DNA of 63,930 bases from Octopus bimaculoides (lineage: Eukaryota): the NCBI RefSeq assembly GCF_001194135.2, contig NC_068986.1:89894497-89958426 (forward strand), in the 5' to 3' direction. The notes under the pieces were generated by a model. It did not search any database and was not told the origin of the DNA. It saw nothing but the letters and a program-made list of their open reading frames with translations. This document shows, in pieces, positions 13,745 to 26,569 of the stretch. How positions within the stretch are numbered: the first letter of the stretch is position 1; the number at the start of each line of letters is the position of its first letter. The position numbers and the translations under genes are program-made.

Positions 13745-14195
13745 CGGATGTGGGTCCTGTTTCGTCTCAGCTGCCTACAAGATTCAGTTTCTATAATATA
13801 TGATCTTGGAGTTTCGGCTCTACTAACGACTTGTGCTGGGATCTATGTTTTGGTTATAGGATCTTGAGTATGCACATGTTGTCCTCCAAGTATCTCAGGT
13901 AAGTATTGTGCATGTTTGTTATAATATTTCTGTGCTAGTTCTTGAGTGGCTGCTAGCTTTGCCCTTGTCTCTTCCTGGTCAATAAGTGGTTGGATCTTTG
14001 TTGGCAGGGTGGTTTTGTATTTCCTGCTATTCAGCATTTCTGCTGAGGACTTCATGTCAGCCCTCAGTAGTGTCGCTCGTAGGGACAGAAGTGCCAGGTG
14101 TGGACCTTCCTTAGTTTCCCGGTATTTGACTAGTGTTCTCTTGACTGTCTGCACCTGTCTTTCTATGAATCCATGACCTTTGGGGTGACCACCAT
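13745..14195 (-). pseudogene. Gypsy integrase C-terminal remnant (HPKGHGFIERQVQTVK...LLSLRAT...AEMLNSRKYKTTLP...PRSYIIET...LRRNRTHIR)
   Basis: Contains the NG.xERxVxTxK-like catalytic Glu segment and the C-terminal PRSY/RRNR motifs. There is one in-frame stop near 13843. Confidence 0.8.
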
Positions 14196-14959
14196 TTTGG
14201 ATCCTCGTGTGTGTGTGTCCGAAGACGAAGCGATATTCAGTTTGTTAAATTCAGGCTTGCTGTGTTCCTGTTTTGTTGTAATAGCACGGTTTTCGTTTAA
14301 GTATTTATCGCTGCCACCATGTTATGTTTTCTTTTGGTTCGTGTTGGGACAATAAACAAATCATTGAAGGCGTTATTATGATTCTACGTGTTTATTTATT
14401 TGACATGTTTACAAACTGTATATGTATAGCGAAGTGATACACACTGTGCGTATTGGTTTTATTCACAGTTCATACTGTTCACTAGATGCGCTTAACAAAA
14501 TAGTACTCATAGTGGGGATGTATTCATATATACATATGCCTACGCATACACATAGATATGAACATATAACAAGAGTGATTGATTCGGTGCCTGATGAGTT
14601 TGATAAAACGAGGATGATGAAAAGATGAAAGACTGGCAGGTTGAGAATGCTTGTGCTCGGGCTTGTCACCAGCGCTGGATTAACCATTTAGCAAAATAAG
14701 CAAGTGCTTAAGGCATCATGGGAAAAGGGCACCACAGAAATGACAAAAGAAACCACTTTAAACTAGTTAAAATAATATTCAGGGTGCCTTATCTCTACAA
14801 AGTATAGAAGCAAATATGTTACGTAAGGATCCCATCAAAGACTTTGCAATCTAAAAAAAAGTAGGAGAAAACTTTTCAAATATAAATAAAGTGGAAATAC
14901 AAAAATAAACGTTATTTTCCATCTTATTGTTAGTTTTGTTTCATTTTCAAGAAAAAAAA

Positions 14960-15871
14960 NNNNNNNNNNNNNNNNNNNNNNNNNNNNNNNNNNNNNNNNN
15001 NNNNNNNNNNNNNNNNNNNNNNNNNNNNNNNNNNNNNNNNNNNNNNNNNNNNNNNNNNNNNNNNNNNNNNNNNNNNNNNNNNNNNNNNNNNNNNNNNNNN
15101 NNNNNNNNNNNNNNNNNNNNNNNNNNNNNNNNNNNNNNNNNNNNNNNNNNNNNNNNNNNNNNNNNNNNNNNNNNNNNNNNNNNNNNNNNNNNNNNNNNNN
15201 NNNNNNNNNNNNNNNNNNNNNNNNNNNNNNNNNNNNNNNNNNNNNNNNNNNNNNNNNNNNNNNNNNNNNNNNNNNNNNNNNNNNNNNNNNNNNNNNNNNN
15301 NNNNNNNNNNNNNNNNNNNNNNNNNNNNNNNNNNNNNNNNNNNNNNNNNNNNNNNNNNNNNNNNNNNNNNNNNNNNNNNNNNNNNNNNNNNNNNNNNNNN
15401 NNNNNNNNNNNNNNNNNNNNNNNNNNNNNNNNNNNNNNNNNNNNNNNNNNNNNNNNNNNNNNNNNNNNNNNNNNNNNNNNNNNNNNNNNNNNNNNNNNNN
15501 NNNNNNNNNNNNNNNNNNNNNNNNNNNNNNNNNNNNNNNNNNNNNNNNNNNNNNNNNNNNNNNNNNNNNNNNNNNNNNNNNNNNNNNNNNNNNNNNNNNN
15601 NNNNNNNNNNNNNNNNNNNNNNNNNNNNNNNNNNNNNNNNNNNNNNNNNNNNNNNNNNNNNNNNNNNNNNNNNNNNNNNNNNNNNNNNNNNNNNNNNNNN
15701 NNNNNNNNNNNNNNNNNNNNNNNNNNNNNNNNNNNNNNNNNNNNNNNNNNNNNNNNNNNNNNNNNNNNNNNNNNNNNNNNNNNNNNNNNNNNNNNNNNNN
15801 NNNNNNNNNNNNNNNNNNNNNNNNNNNNNNNNNNNNNNNNNNNNNNNNNNNNNNNNNNNNNNNNNNNNNNN
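14960..15871. other. Largest assembly gap (N run); other gaps start near 3408, 5683, 6777, 8843, 12297, 13327, 19100, 45592, 47963, 51275, 60241 and 63543
   Basis: N runs, mostly adjacent to microsatellites or homopolymers. Confidence 0.98.
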
Positions 15872-16773
15872 ACAAATTTAATTTGCGGTCCATGGGAAGA
15901 GCCGTTTTAACGATGCGTCCTGCCCAGCTCTTCGAAACGCCGGTGTTAAAACGGAGGTAGCTGATGAAGTAGAATGTTCTCTATGTGGCTTGTGTGTTTT
16001 CTCGTCTACGTTTTGTTTGCAATGTCCTGTACCCAGATATGCACCTATACATACAGGTGGATGTCGATATGCACATACCTGTACGTATATATGCATATAC
16101 TCATTTACTATTTGTTTTTATATATATATATATATACATATATATATACATATAAACATTATCAACCAAACATAATTAACGTACACGCAACACGTACTTG
16201 CCGGTGGGCTGCGATTTACGTGTTTGAGATTATTGTCTCAAAGCTCCAAGTGCTAAAACACCTGAAAGTCATGGACAAGCGAGACAACTCACCCCAAATC
16301 CCATTCTGGAGTGGACATTGACGTTTCGCAATCTTTACAGCTTATCAACATCACGTACTCGAACCGAATCGGAATCCTTCCTAATGTTATTTAAATTCAC
16401 ACAGAAAACATTTTTATCGTTGTATTTTATGGAAAGTGGGTTTACGCTTTTTTGTTCCGTAGCTCTATTCCCTACAACTTTTATCATTTTTGAAATTTGA
16501 ATATATTTTACCCTTTTTCAGACAATGGAGTGATAAGTAGATGAAAAAAAAAAGCGAACATATTTATCTGACATCCCAATATATGTTATGTATTAAATCT
16601 TTTTAAAAGCTGGTGCTGTTTAGTAAACATATCGCCTTAATTCAGTGAGTCAGAAGTCAGAAACGGCTGAAAATAGCTGCTGATGCTGTTTAGCCACAGG
16701 CAATAATCTAGCATATCTATGACCCTTGCATCATTTTTTTTTTTCTTTTTTCTAAGCCATAATGTAACCCAAA

Positions 16774-17136
16774 TGGAGGCGCAATGGCCCATTGGTTAGG
16801 GTCATAAGATTCCCAGACCGGGCGTTGTAAGTGTTTATTGAGCGAAAAGACCTAAAAGCTCCACGAGGCTCCGGCAGGGGATGGTGACGAATCCTGCTGT
16901 ACTCTTCCACCACAACTTTCTCTCACTCTTACTTCCTGTTTCTGTTGTGCCTGTAATTCAAAGGGTCAGCCTTGTCACACTCTGTGTCACGCTGAATATC
17001 CCCGAGAACTACGTTAAGGGTACACGTGTCTGTGGAGTGCTCAGCCACTTGCACGTCAATTTCACGAGCAGGCTGTTCCGTTGATCGGATCAACTGGAAC
17101 CCTCGACGTCGTAAGCGACGGAGTGCCAACAACAAC
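16774..17136 (+). mobile_element. tRNA-Arg-derived SINE (family A), near full length
   Basis: tRNA-like head with a small deletion, (AAC)n tail, and 13-bp TSD AATGTAACCCAAA at 16761-16773 and 17137-17149. Confidence 0.88.
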
Positions 17137-18039
17137 AATGTAACCCAAAATACAATATTCACCGTGACCTTCCTTTTTTTTTCTTTCATGAAAACGAAGG
17201 AGATTTAGCTACCATTTCTAACAGATCGATTGATCACTTAGAGACCCCACCACCACCACCACCACCGTCATTGGTCCTTCTTTGTGTGATGAAATGCTGT
17301 TGTTGATTTCCTTATTGTCGCCGTTGTTATTTATCCTCCAGATCAGCAGTGGGAGCGAGACTAAGTAAATCTATGATCAAAAACGCTCCAGTTACGACTG
17401 ACCCATCATTTTGTACATCTATATCTACATTCAAATAGGTCCTTTTATTTCTAAAACAGCAGGGTGAGAACCAATGAGATTTGGCTGTTATTTCTTGCAG
17501 GTCGAACGACCACATAGAGGTTTCCTCATTGGTTGTTTAGTGTTGTGTGGTTTGGATGATGTGCTATGATATTGTATAATGCACAATGGTGGTTTATCTT
17601 TTAATTGTTTCAGTTTTTAGACTACGACCATGCTGGGGCACCGCTCTGAAGAATTTCACCACCACCACCCCGCTTCCCTTGATGCAGAAAGCAATGCTTA
17701 TTTTTCTAAATTGTTAATCCAACGCTGGATGTGTTGCATTGTATAGTGTTGCGCGTTGCATTGTCGTGCTGCTGCATAGTATTGTGTGGTGTGCCGTATG
17801 AAGTTGTGGAACGTAATTTAATGAAGTGTAGCGTGATGTGATGCGAGGAGGCGTTGTGCGGAGTGCGGGATGCTGCAATGTGATGTGGTGCATTGCTGTG
17901 CGGTTTTGTGTGGTGAATCATTTGGACATTTAGTGTTGTGTAGAATCAATAAAATAAATACCAATAGTCAGATCATTCCGTAAAACAAGATTTTTTTTTC
18001 TATAAAATTACAATTATGAATCAGTATATTATAGATTTT

Positions 18040-18625
18040 TCAGATTTACTCATTTACATATTACGTCATATTTACATAGTCCATCAGATATATTACGGAG
18101 TCAAATTTGAATATTACGTAACAGTTATGTATGACGTCATATTTATGTATATGTTGATAATTTAATATTTCACCATATTTAGAAAGCCTGTCATATTTGC
18201 AAATGACGTCATAAATTTGAATATTACGTCATATACACATCGTCTGTCACATTCACGTATGATGTCATATTTTAATATTACGTCATATTTACAGAACCCG
18301 TCATATTTACGTATGACGTCAAATTTAAATATTACATCATATTTAAATAGTCCATCACATTCCCGTGTGACATCATGTTCAGATATTAAGTAATGCATAG
18401 TCCGTCATATTTCCGTATGACGTCATGCTTGAATATGACGTCATACATAGCCTGTCATATTTATGTACAACGTCAGATTTGAATCTTCCATCATATTTAC
18501 ATATTCCGCCATATTTATGTAAGATGACATATTTGAATATTACGTCATCATTACGGACTGCGTCATATTTACAGATGAAATCATAATTACGTATAACGTT
18601 ATATTTGAACAATGCGTCATTTCTC
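18040..18625. repeat. Degenerate 18-bp-period minisatellite rich in TGACGTCA/TTACGTCA
   Basis: Recurrent CGTCATATTT. The minus-strand translations show a 6-aa KYDVI periodicity. Confidence 0.85.
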
Positions 18626-18803
18626 AATTGTATTTTGCATCTTATTTGCTTCAACACAGCAAAAATACTCTTATTTCTGACAACGAAACTGTGAAAGTAG
18701 AATTCAAATCTATAAAGAAGTATTGCGTTAGTGTCCGCTTAGTTGAAATGTCGTCGCCGTATTCGTCGGTGGTGCTGCAACTACTGTTGTTATTGTTGTT
18801 GTT

Positions 18804-18836
<33 letters not shown>

Positions 18837-18926
18837 CAGTTGATTCAGTGCAGGCCTGGTAAAGTAGACCTGCTGAGTCAACTGCAGTAGTCGACCAAAT
18901 GACCAGGTACAACCCATAGATCTATT

Positions 18927-18980
<54 letters not shown>

Positions 18981-21900
18981 CACGCACACGTATACATATA
19001 TATACATAAATATATATGTATACATATATATATTTATAAATACATACATATAAACATATATATATAGAGAGAGAGAGGGGGGAGGGAGGAGAGAGAGAGN
19101 NNNNNNNNNNNNNNNNNNNNNNNNNNNNNNNNNNNNNNNNNNNNNNNNNNNNNNNNNNNNNNNNNNNNNNNNNNNNNNNNNNNNNNNNNNNNNNNNNNNN
19201 NNNNNNNNNNNNNNNNNNNNNNNNNNNNNNNNNNNNNNNNNNNNNNNNNNNNNNNNNNNNNNNNNNNNNNNNNNNNNNNNNNNNNNNNNNNNNNNNNNNN
19301 NNNNNNNNNNNNNNNNNNNNNNNNNNNNNNNNNNNNNNNNNNNNNNNNNNNNNNNNNNNNNNNNNNNNNNNNNNNNNNNNNNNNNNNNNNNNNNNNNNNN
19401 NNNNTATGTATGTATGTATGTATGTATGTATATAAATATATATATGTGTGTGGGTGTGTGTGTGTGTATGTATATATATGCACTGTCTTCAATGAATTGG
19501 CAGTTGTTAGAAACGCCCGATATAATGCCTATTCATTCCTCCTCTCCGCACTCTGAGGTCGAATAGCGCAAACGTCATTTTTTTTTTAATACTCCTTTCA
19601 TCCATGCAGGGCTCGTCGTTAAATAAAGAACACACTTCAATGTAGTAGATTGGCAGAATTACCAGAATGCTCTTGGTTCAAATTTCATCAAGAGATACAA
19701 ATCCTATCGCTAACCATTTCCTTACTCCTCACAAAGAGAGATAGCAAGATGGTTCTTACTCTGACGTCTCTCTGCAATGAGACAGGTCTCCTGTCTTCTC
19801 AACACAGAAGACCAAACATTGCAGCGATTAAGGACACAAGTCTTTTCCCACACTAACGAAACTTACTGAGGAATGACTCCATAATCTTAGAAAGCTGAGA
19901 AATAATGGTACTGCCAACGATAACCATGTCTCCTTCGAGATGAAGATCATACTGTACGACTCCGATATGCTGTAGTTAATCATATGTAATATCATATGAG
20001 TCTAGACGTGTTGTAATATATACACTGCTTAGTCTGTTTCTATATAACGCTTGCCGTCGTTGTCGCTGCCACCTTAAACAAATGAGATCACCTTCAACAA
20101 AGTAGTTCCTCGGGATGATCACGATTGGAAAAACATTTGAGCATAAGTCTGCTCCATCAGAACTTTAGATGTTATATGTTGTGGTGTCATCTAACGAGAC
20201 TCTCAGAAGTCTGTTATGTTATTGTGGTGGTAGGAACCCGGTAAAGAATATATAAAACACAAGGTGGTAACTTTAACACGTTTATTGAGGTCACACGCAC
20301 ATACACAATGGAATTATGAATAGAATGGTAGATGGACTTTCATAGGAAGCTCACTAGAGTTCGCTACAGGACTAATTTGAGGTAAAACAAAAACAACCGG
20401 CATCCAAACAAGCCACTATATTGTCGCTCGGCTTGTCAGAAATAACAATCAAATCTTCCTCAAATCACACTCTCATATATAAAAACATGGGGTGATTGCG
20501 GCTCGAAAGCCTGTAATCATACGCCTACTCGATATGGGCTGATTTGGGATTGAACAGCAACATCAGACATATAAATGATCCTCTAATTACCATTAATCAT
20601 TAGAGACTGTGAGGACTGGAATTAACTCCAGCAACAACCTGTACCACTTACGTCTTGGTTGTCTTTCATTTTTTGTATATTCCTTTCATTGTGTATGTAG
20701 TTGGTCCGTAGACGTACAATCTTTGTTGATCTAAAATGTACTGTTTTGTGTTTCTTTGTAGCTTATTTTGGACTGTTGCAGATAGATTGATGGCCCAAGC
20801 AGCGCTGATATAATCTATGATTGATATAATATATCGGTTGAACATTAATGCAGTTGGTTAGCCTGCTTTTTAAATAGTTTGGTTTCTTTTTTTAGACGAA
20901 CCTATTATATTTTTGTCATATTCAGTGATAACCATACCATCGGAATGTGTGGCATTCCGATTAGACATTTTAAAGTTGTTGTTTAACCCCCACATCAACC
21001 CTAAACAAGCTTAAAGGAATTCCAGCTAGTTATTTATTCTTCGTTTTTGCAAAAAATAGAGAATGGTAGACATGTTTTACAAAGCCCCATAATAATTTTA
21101 AGAGCACTGATTACTTTGAAAAATGTTTTTAAGGCTCATCTACACCTAGCCACAGCCCAGATCGTCTATTTTTGACAAACGACATCCATTTATCATCACA
21201 AGTAATGATACAGGGCATAAAGATATATTTTTTACTGCGGATTAGCAGCATTAAACACCACTAGTTGCTGCAATTTTTGATGTTCAATCAATTCGTACGG
21301 AATCCATTTATCCAACTGTATCACTTTTCTTATGGGATAAAAATGGCAGGAACATTTTGCCAGACCCTCTGTCAATTCCGCCAACAACAATGCCTTAGAT
21401 TGGTATTTTTTATTAGTCACTAGAAGATGAAAGGCAAAGTTGAAAACGGTGGAATTTGAACTCAGAGTGCAGAAATTAGGGACCAATTCCTGCGAGGTTA
21501 TTTTATCCGGTGTTCTAATGACTAGCAAAAACTGAGTGACCCACATGCAAAACGGCAGATATGAAAGGGAACTCAGGACTGACAACTCTGAACAAAACAA
21601 GGCATAGCAAAAAGGCGTAGTACAAAGGCGTACAGAGAGCATTTCCTAAATTGGACATGTCTACCTTGTACTCTGATTTCCTGCTTATTCCATAGCAGTA
21701 TGATTTGACCGGGAGTCAGTTCTATATCCTTGCTACACATCTATCACTCAGAGAAGACAGCCACTATGTTAATGAGCCAACTCTGGCGCTTCTATGTGGT
21801 GCTTCGACCTATTGGAAATAGCAGCCAAATGTTACCCAATTTACACAGTCATTTATTTTGACATTTAGTTAGTAGGAAAAGTTGTACCGAAGAGCCTTTG

Positions 21901-22414
21901 GAAGTTGACCGAGACTGGTTGATGGAAAATAAGAAGATAACTTCAAACCGAAGACCTTGTCCAAATGCTTGCAACAAAGTGGAATCTACTAAAAGCATCC
22001 AAAGACCAAGTAGTGATATTAAACTGGTTGACGGATTAAAGCTACGACCCACAAGTACCGCTAGGACTACAAACGCTCTCTGGTGATTTCGGTGACAACT
22101 ACAGTACGTATTTATCATAGTATTTTCGACGAATACAAGGATAGTTTCCTATCTTCCTTCGAGTATTTTTAACAAGACACCATTTTGTTGACAATGTACA
22201 GATACATTGGCTACACCTACTTGAGCACTTATAACATAAAGAGCTGAAATTAAATACCACAGAGCATTTTCTCCAACGCTCGAACATCATCATTCTCATA
22301 TTCATCTGTTGAGCCCCTTTGTATCCTTAGATTGCTCCCATTTAATAAGGACATAAATACCTTTGAGTCTGATGCCATTTTTTGGAGGAAGGGTTATTAA
22401 TGTAAGAGAAAACG

Positions 22415-22646
22415 AAACTCTTACTCTTTACAGTCATTTGACTGTGGTCATGCTGGAGCACCGCCTTTAGTCGAGCAAATCGACCCCAGGACTTATCCTT
22501 TGTAATCCTAGTACTTATTCGATCGGTCTCTTTAGCCGAACCGCTAGGTTAAGGGGACGTAAACACTCCAGCATCGGTTGTCAAGCGATGTTGGGGGGAC
22601 AAACACAGACACACAAACATATACACACATACATATATATATATAG

Positions 22647-22696
<50 letters not shown>

Positions 22697-22858
22697 GACG
22701 GGCTTCTTTCAGTTTCCGTCTACCAAATCCACTCACAAGGCTTTGGTCGGCCCGAGGCTACAGTAGAAGACACTTGCCCAAGGTGACACGCAGTGGGACT
22801 GAACCCGGCACCATGTGGTTTGTAAGCAAGCTACTTACCACACAGCCACTCCTGCGCC
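22415..22858 (-). mobile_element. CORE-like tRNA-derived SINE (family C) with internal (TA)n
   Basis: Head GGCGCAGGAGTGGCTGTGTGGTAAG...GGTTCAGTCCC, CORE-like CTTGGGCAAGTGTCTTC, internal AT microsatellite, AAGAGT-type tail. Confidence 0.82.
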
Positions 22859-23707
22859 TACGATACTATTCAAGAAAACAATAACAGGCAGAACAAACGG
22901 GAATTGATCCAGCGAATATGAGAACAATGAAAATAAGACAAAAATCAATCCTTAACAACTGCGTTCAGCGCTATTGGCGTAGGCTAGGGCTAAGCAGTAC
23001 TATCCCAAATGCCGAAACTGCAAATTCCTTAGACTAGACAGCTGATGAAACGATAATTCCCCGGTTGTTCCGTATTATATTTTCGTTATATTTTCCTGTT
23101 TATATGGCGATGCATACAGCGCTCCCAACCACCGCCACCAGTTGGGTCTGGGCTCGTAAGATCGGAGCTTAACCTGGTTTCCAAAGTGTATAAGTGATTG
23201 AGATTGCAGCACTTCCCCTGAACGTAACGTCAGTCCATCCCAGTTGTTAACTTCCCAACTATTGCTAGGAACTCATTTATATCTGAGTGGACTGGAGCAA
23301 TGTAAAATGAAGTGATTTTCTCAAGAACACACTAATCATTAGTGCACCACACTAATCACTAGACTACATGCCTTCATCTACTCCTAACCCCACCACACAC
23401 TATTCTTTTTTTTATTTAACTTGTCTATCTGGAAGCAGTTTCTTTGCCATAATGGTAAGCTGGGTGAGGTTTTGAATTCTGAATGTTCAGAGCCAGAACA
23501 AATACCATAAGACATCCTGTTTGACAATCAAACAATTTTGCCATCAGCTAGTTCTTTATTTATCAATCTCAAAATATGAAAGACAAAATTGACCTCTGAA
23601 TGTAGAGAATTTGGAACAAATACCAATAAAACATAAACCAACACCTAGCGTTTCTGCCAGTCTACCATCATGGACTGGTACTTCCTCCCAGAATGATGAA
23701 ATACTAA

Positions 23708-25345
23708 GCTGACCTTCATAGGATTTGAACTCAGAATATAAAGACCCAAACAAAAACTTCAAGCTATTTTTATCCAATATTCTAACAATTCTGCCAATTT
23801 ACTGCCTGACTGTCTTTCAAAAAGGGAACACTGCATTGGACAATGTAGATTTATCTGACAGAAAAGGCTGGATGGTCAGGACTGGAATGCCTTTAATCAG
23901 AGATCAGCTGGATTATGCTGACTTCAAGCTTAATAATGTGTTTAATCTAAAAGCAAACATTACAATACTCAATTCACAATACTGAATTAATAAATATACT
24001 CAAGCCAATGAGGGAGCTTCTAGAAACCACATCACATGCTAGAAATAGTAGTTAAATATTCCTCATAGCACAATCTGGCATCTTAAAAAAAAAGATACAC
24101 TAGATAATGTAATTCTGAAAATAAGACGAGATGGCCATGCATGGAAAGCCTTTGGATACAGTGCTGTTTGAACAGAGCTGCCCTAGGGCTAAATAACAAA
24201 AGCAACAACAACACCAACAAAGGAAATTAAATATTTCCAATTATGATACAAATTTAATTTGAACTTGAATTTATGTTTTATTTTATTTTATATTTTGTTT
24301 TAATTGAATGTAATATCCTGAGGAGGATGGATATGGCCCATGGCCTTTTCAGAGCCTTGTGAGACAGAATAGAAATAACAGCAGTTTGTGTTTTGAAATT
24401 TTGAGGATCTGTGATTAGAATGGGTAAAAGCCATGATTAGGGATGGAATGTCAGGGGTTTACAAAGTTCAGTTTCATTTTCCTTTTTGGCTTTTTTTTTG
24501 TCTATTTTTTTAGCTATTTCATATTATTTTGTCTTTCATGTGACATGCATGTTTGTGGGTGGGTGGTTGTGTATGTTATTTTTCAATTTGGAATCTGAAA
24601 AATATCTGAGTGGAATATGATCCATGACAAAACAAGGATATCTAACATTGGGAATTCCATCCAACCTGCAACTGACCAGTGTGGACAGATAGCTCTACAA
24701 CCAGTGTAAATAAGCTGGTATAATGGTGTGCTGAGGCTTTCATCCACTTGTGGATTGACAACGACTGAGTGGAATATGTGGAGTAGAGTCACAAGTAAAG
24801 TGTAGCACTCATGATTCTTTACAGAACTTCTGAGATTAGTGGATGGGTGGGATGGATTAGGGTATCCTCCAACTAGAGATTAAACCTGGATTTTTAATCT
24901 TCACATTAGAAGCAAGATGTGTAATATTAATTCAATCAATCCCAACCTCAGTACTTCACTGATACTTTATTTTATCAACCCCCAAAAGGGATAAAAGGCA
25001 CAGCTGACCTTCATAGGATTTGAACTCAGAATATAAAGACACAGACAAATACTCCAAGGTATTTTTGTCCAATATTCTAATAATTCTGCCAGTTTACTGC
25101 TTGACTGTCTTTACAAAAGGGAAGGCCGCTTTGGACAATGTAGACTTATGTGACAGAAAAGGCTGGGTGGTGAGGGCTGAAACACCTTCATCAGAGATTA
25201 GCTGGATTACGCAGACCTCAGACTAAACAGTGTGTTTAATCTGAGAACAAACATTACAATTTCACAATACTGAATTAATTAACATATTTAAATCAATGAG
25301 GGAGCTTCTATGAAATCACATGACATACTAGAAATAGTAGCTAAA
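23708..25345 (+). repeat. Diverged direct duplication of about 350 bp (23708-24065 and 25003-25345)
   Basis: Collinear alignment by eye. The near-identical ORF translations MNSEYKD... appear in the track. Confidence 0.85.
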
Positions 25346-26193
25346 TCTTCTTCATTGAACAGGAGGGATAAAAAGCACAGCTGACCCTCACAGGATTTGA
25401 ACTCAGAATGAAAGAGAATTATAACTAAATGCCACCAAAGCATTTTATCCCTCACTCAAATCTTCTAACACTGGTTTAACCCATTAGCATTCAGATTACT
25501 CTGTATTATTTATTCACATTGTCTTGAATTAATCAATGCATTATCTTGTGGCTTCAAGATTTTTCAATGATGAGGTTGTTTACTTTTACTATGACATTGT
25601 AGAGTAGGTGTGAGATATTGGATCTGACCAGTTTGAACATAAAAAGAGGCAGATTATTTTGGCCAGATGTGGCCAGTTTAAATACTAAAGGGTTGATACC
25701 AACATTGGTAAATTGTAACTGACCACCCTCTGTCCTCCACCAGTCTCCATATTCTTTGGAAACAAAGAATATAGCACACTTGTTTATTTGTTCCCCAATA
25801 AACACTGCTGACCAATTCCAGTTAGTAGTTTCAAGCAGAGGTATTTTCTTCTATTGATCATCTGTAATAAGCTGATGGCAAACAGTGAACTCCACAAGTT
25901 GGACAACATCTTTTACAGTACTCCATTAAAACCCACCACTATTCAACCTCTCAAAAACATATTTTATTTTATTATATTTATTTATTTATTTCTTCTTTTT
26001 TTCTAACTGTTTCTTGAGGAAGGTATGGAGATGGAGCACAGTTAAATTTTGTCACCACTTTCTGAAATATACAAATATTAAGCTATATATATAAATAGAC
26101 AGATACACACACATACATAGGTTTGGTGATGCAAACAGAAAAACAAAATTCCAAAGATGTAATTTATGTAAATATATATATATATATATATAT

Positions 26194-26456
26194 CATCATC
26201 ATCATCATCATCATCGTTTAACGTCTGCTTTCCATGCTAGCATGGGTTGGACGATTTGACTGAGGACTGGTGAAACCAGATAGCTACACCAGGCTCCAAT
26301 CTGATTTGGCAGAGTTTCTACAGCTGGATGCCCTTCCTAACACCAACCACTCCGAGAGTGTAGTGGGTGCTTTTACGTGCCACCTTCACAGGAGCCGGTA
26401 CGGCGGCACTGGCAACAATCTCGCTCGAATGCCTTTACACGTGCCACCAGCACAAG

Positions 26457-26460
<4 letters not shown>
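26194..26460 (-). mobile_element. Family D repeat just downstream of the ZFP64 stop
   Basis: Same as 40752-41112. Confidence 0.78.
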
Positions 26461-26487
<27 letters not shown>

Positions 26488-26569
26488 CTTAAGACAATTT
26501 GGATTTGTTCATTTTTCAGTTCTTTAGTTTAATATAATCATCTTATATAAGACCGTACTGGACCACTAC

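Larger units (their letters stand above)
12670..14571 (-). mobile_element. Internally deleted Ty3/Gypsy LTR retrotransposon with both LTRs
   Basis: Direct repeats at 12670-12917 and 14320-14571 are each bounded by TGTTA...TAACA. The 5-bp TSD AGAGT is at 12665-12669 and 14572-14576. PBS TGGTGGCAGCG (14319-14309), PPT AAGAAGGGA (12926-12918) and an integrase remnant are all present. Confidence 0.9.

Noticed and set aside
14590-14615. CTGATGA-GTTT-GATA-AAAC-GAGG hammerhead-like motif
   Set aside because: The GAAA box is broken (GAGG) and there are no stems I or III.
14835-15910. Long ORFs (352 and 327 aa) and similar X-filled ORFs at 5.6, 6.7, 8.8, 19, 45.5 and 47.9 kb
   Set aside because: Their length comes from N gaps.
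18040-18625. CRISPR-like repeat-spacer array
   Set aside because: The repeats are degenerate and contiguous with no unique spacers, in a eukaryotic context with no cas genes.
18162-18657. KYDVI-repeat ORFs as a novel repeat protein
   Set aside because: An 18-bp unit gives 6-aa periodicity automatically. The frames are broken and there is no splice or promoter context.
21850-22330. Coding-like block with a 62-aa ORF
   Set aside because: All frames are interrupted, with no recognisable motif or convincing splice pair; probably decayed TE.
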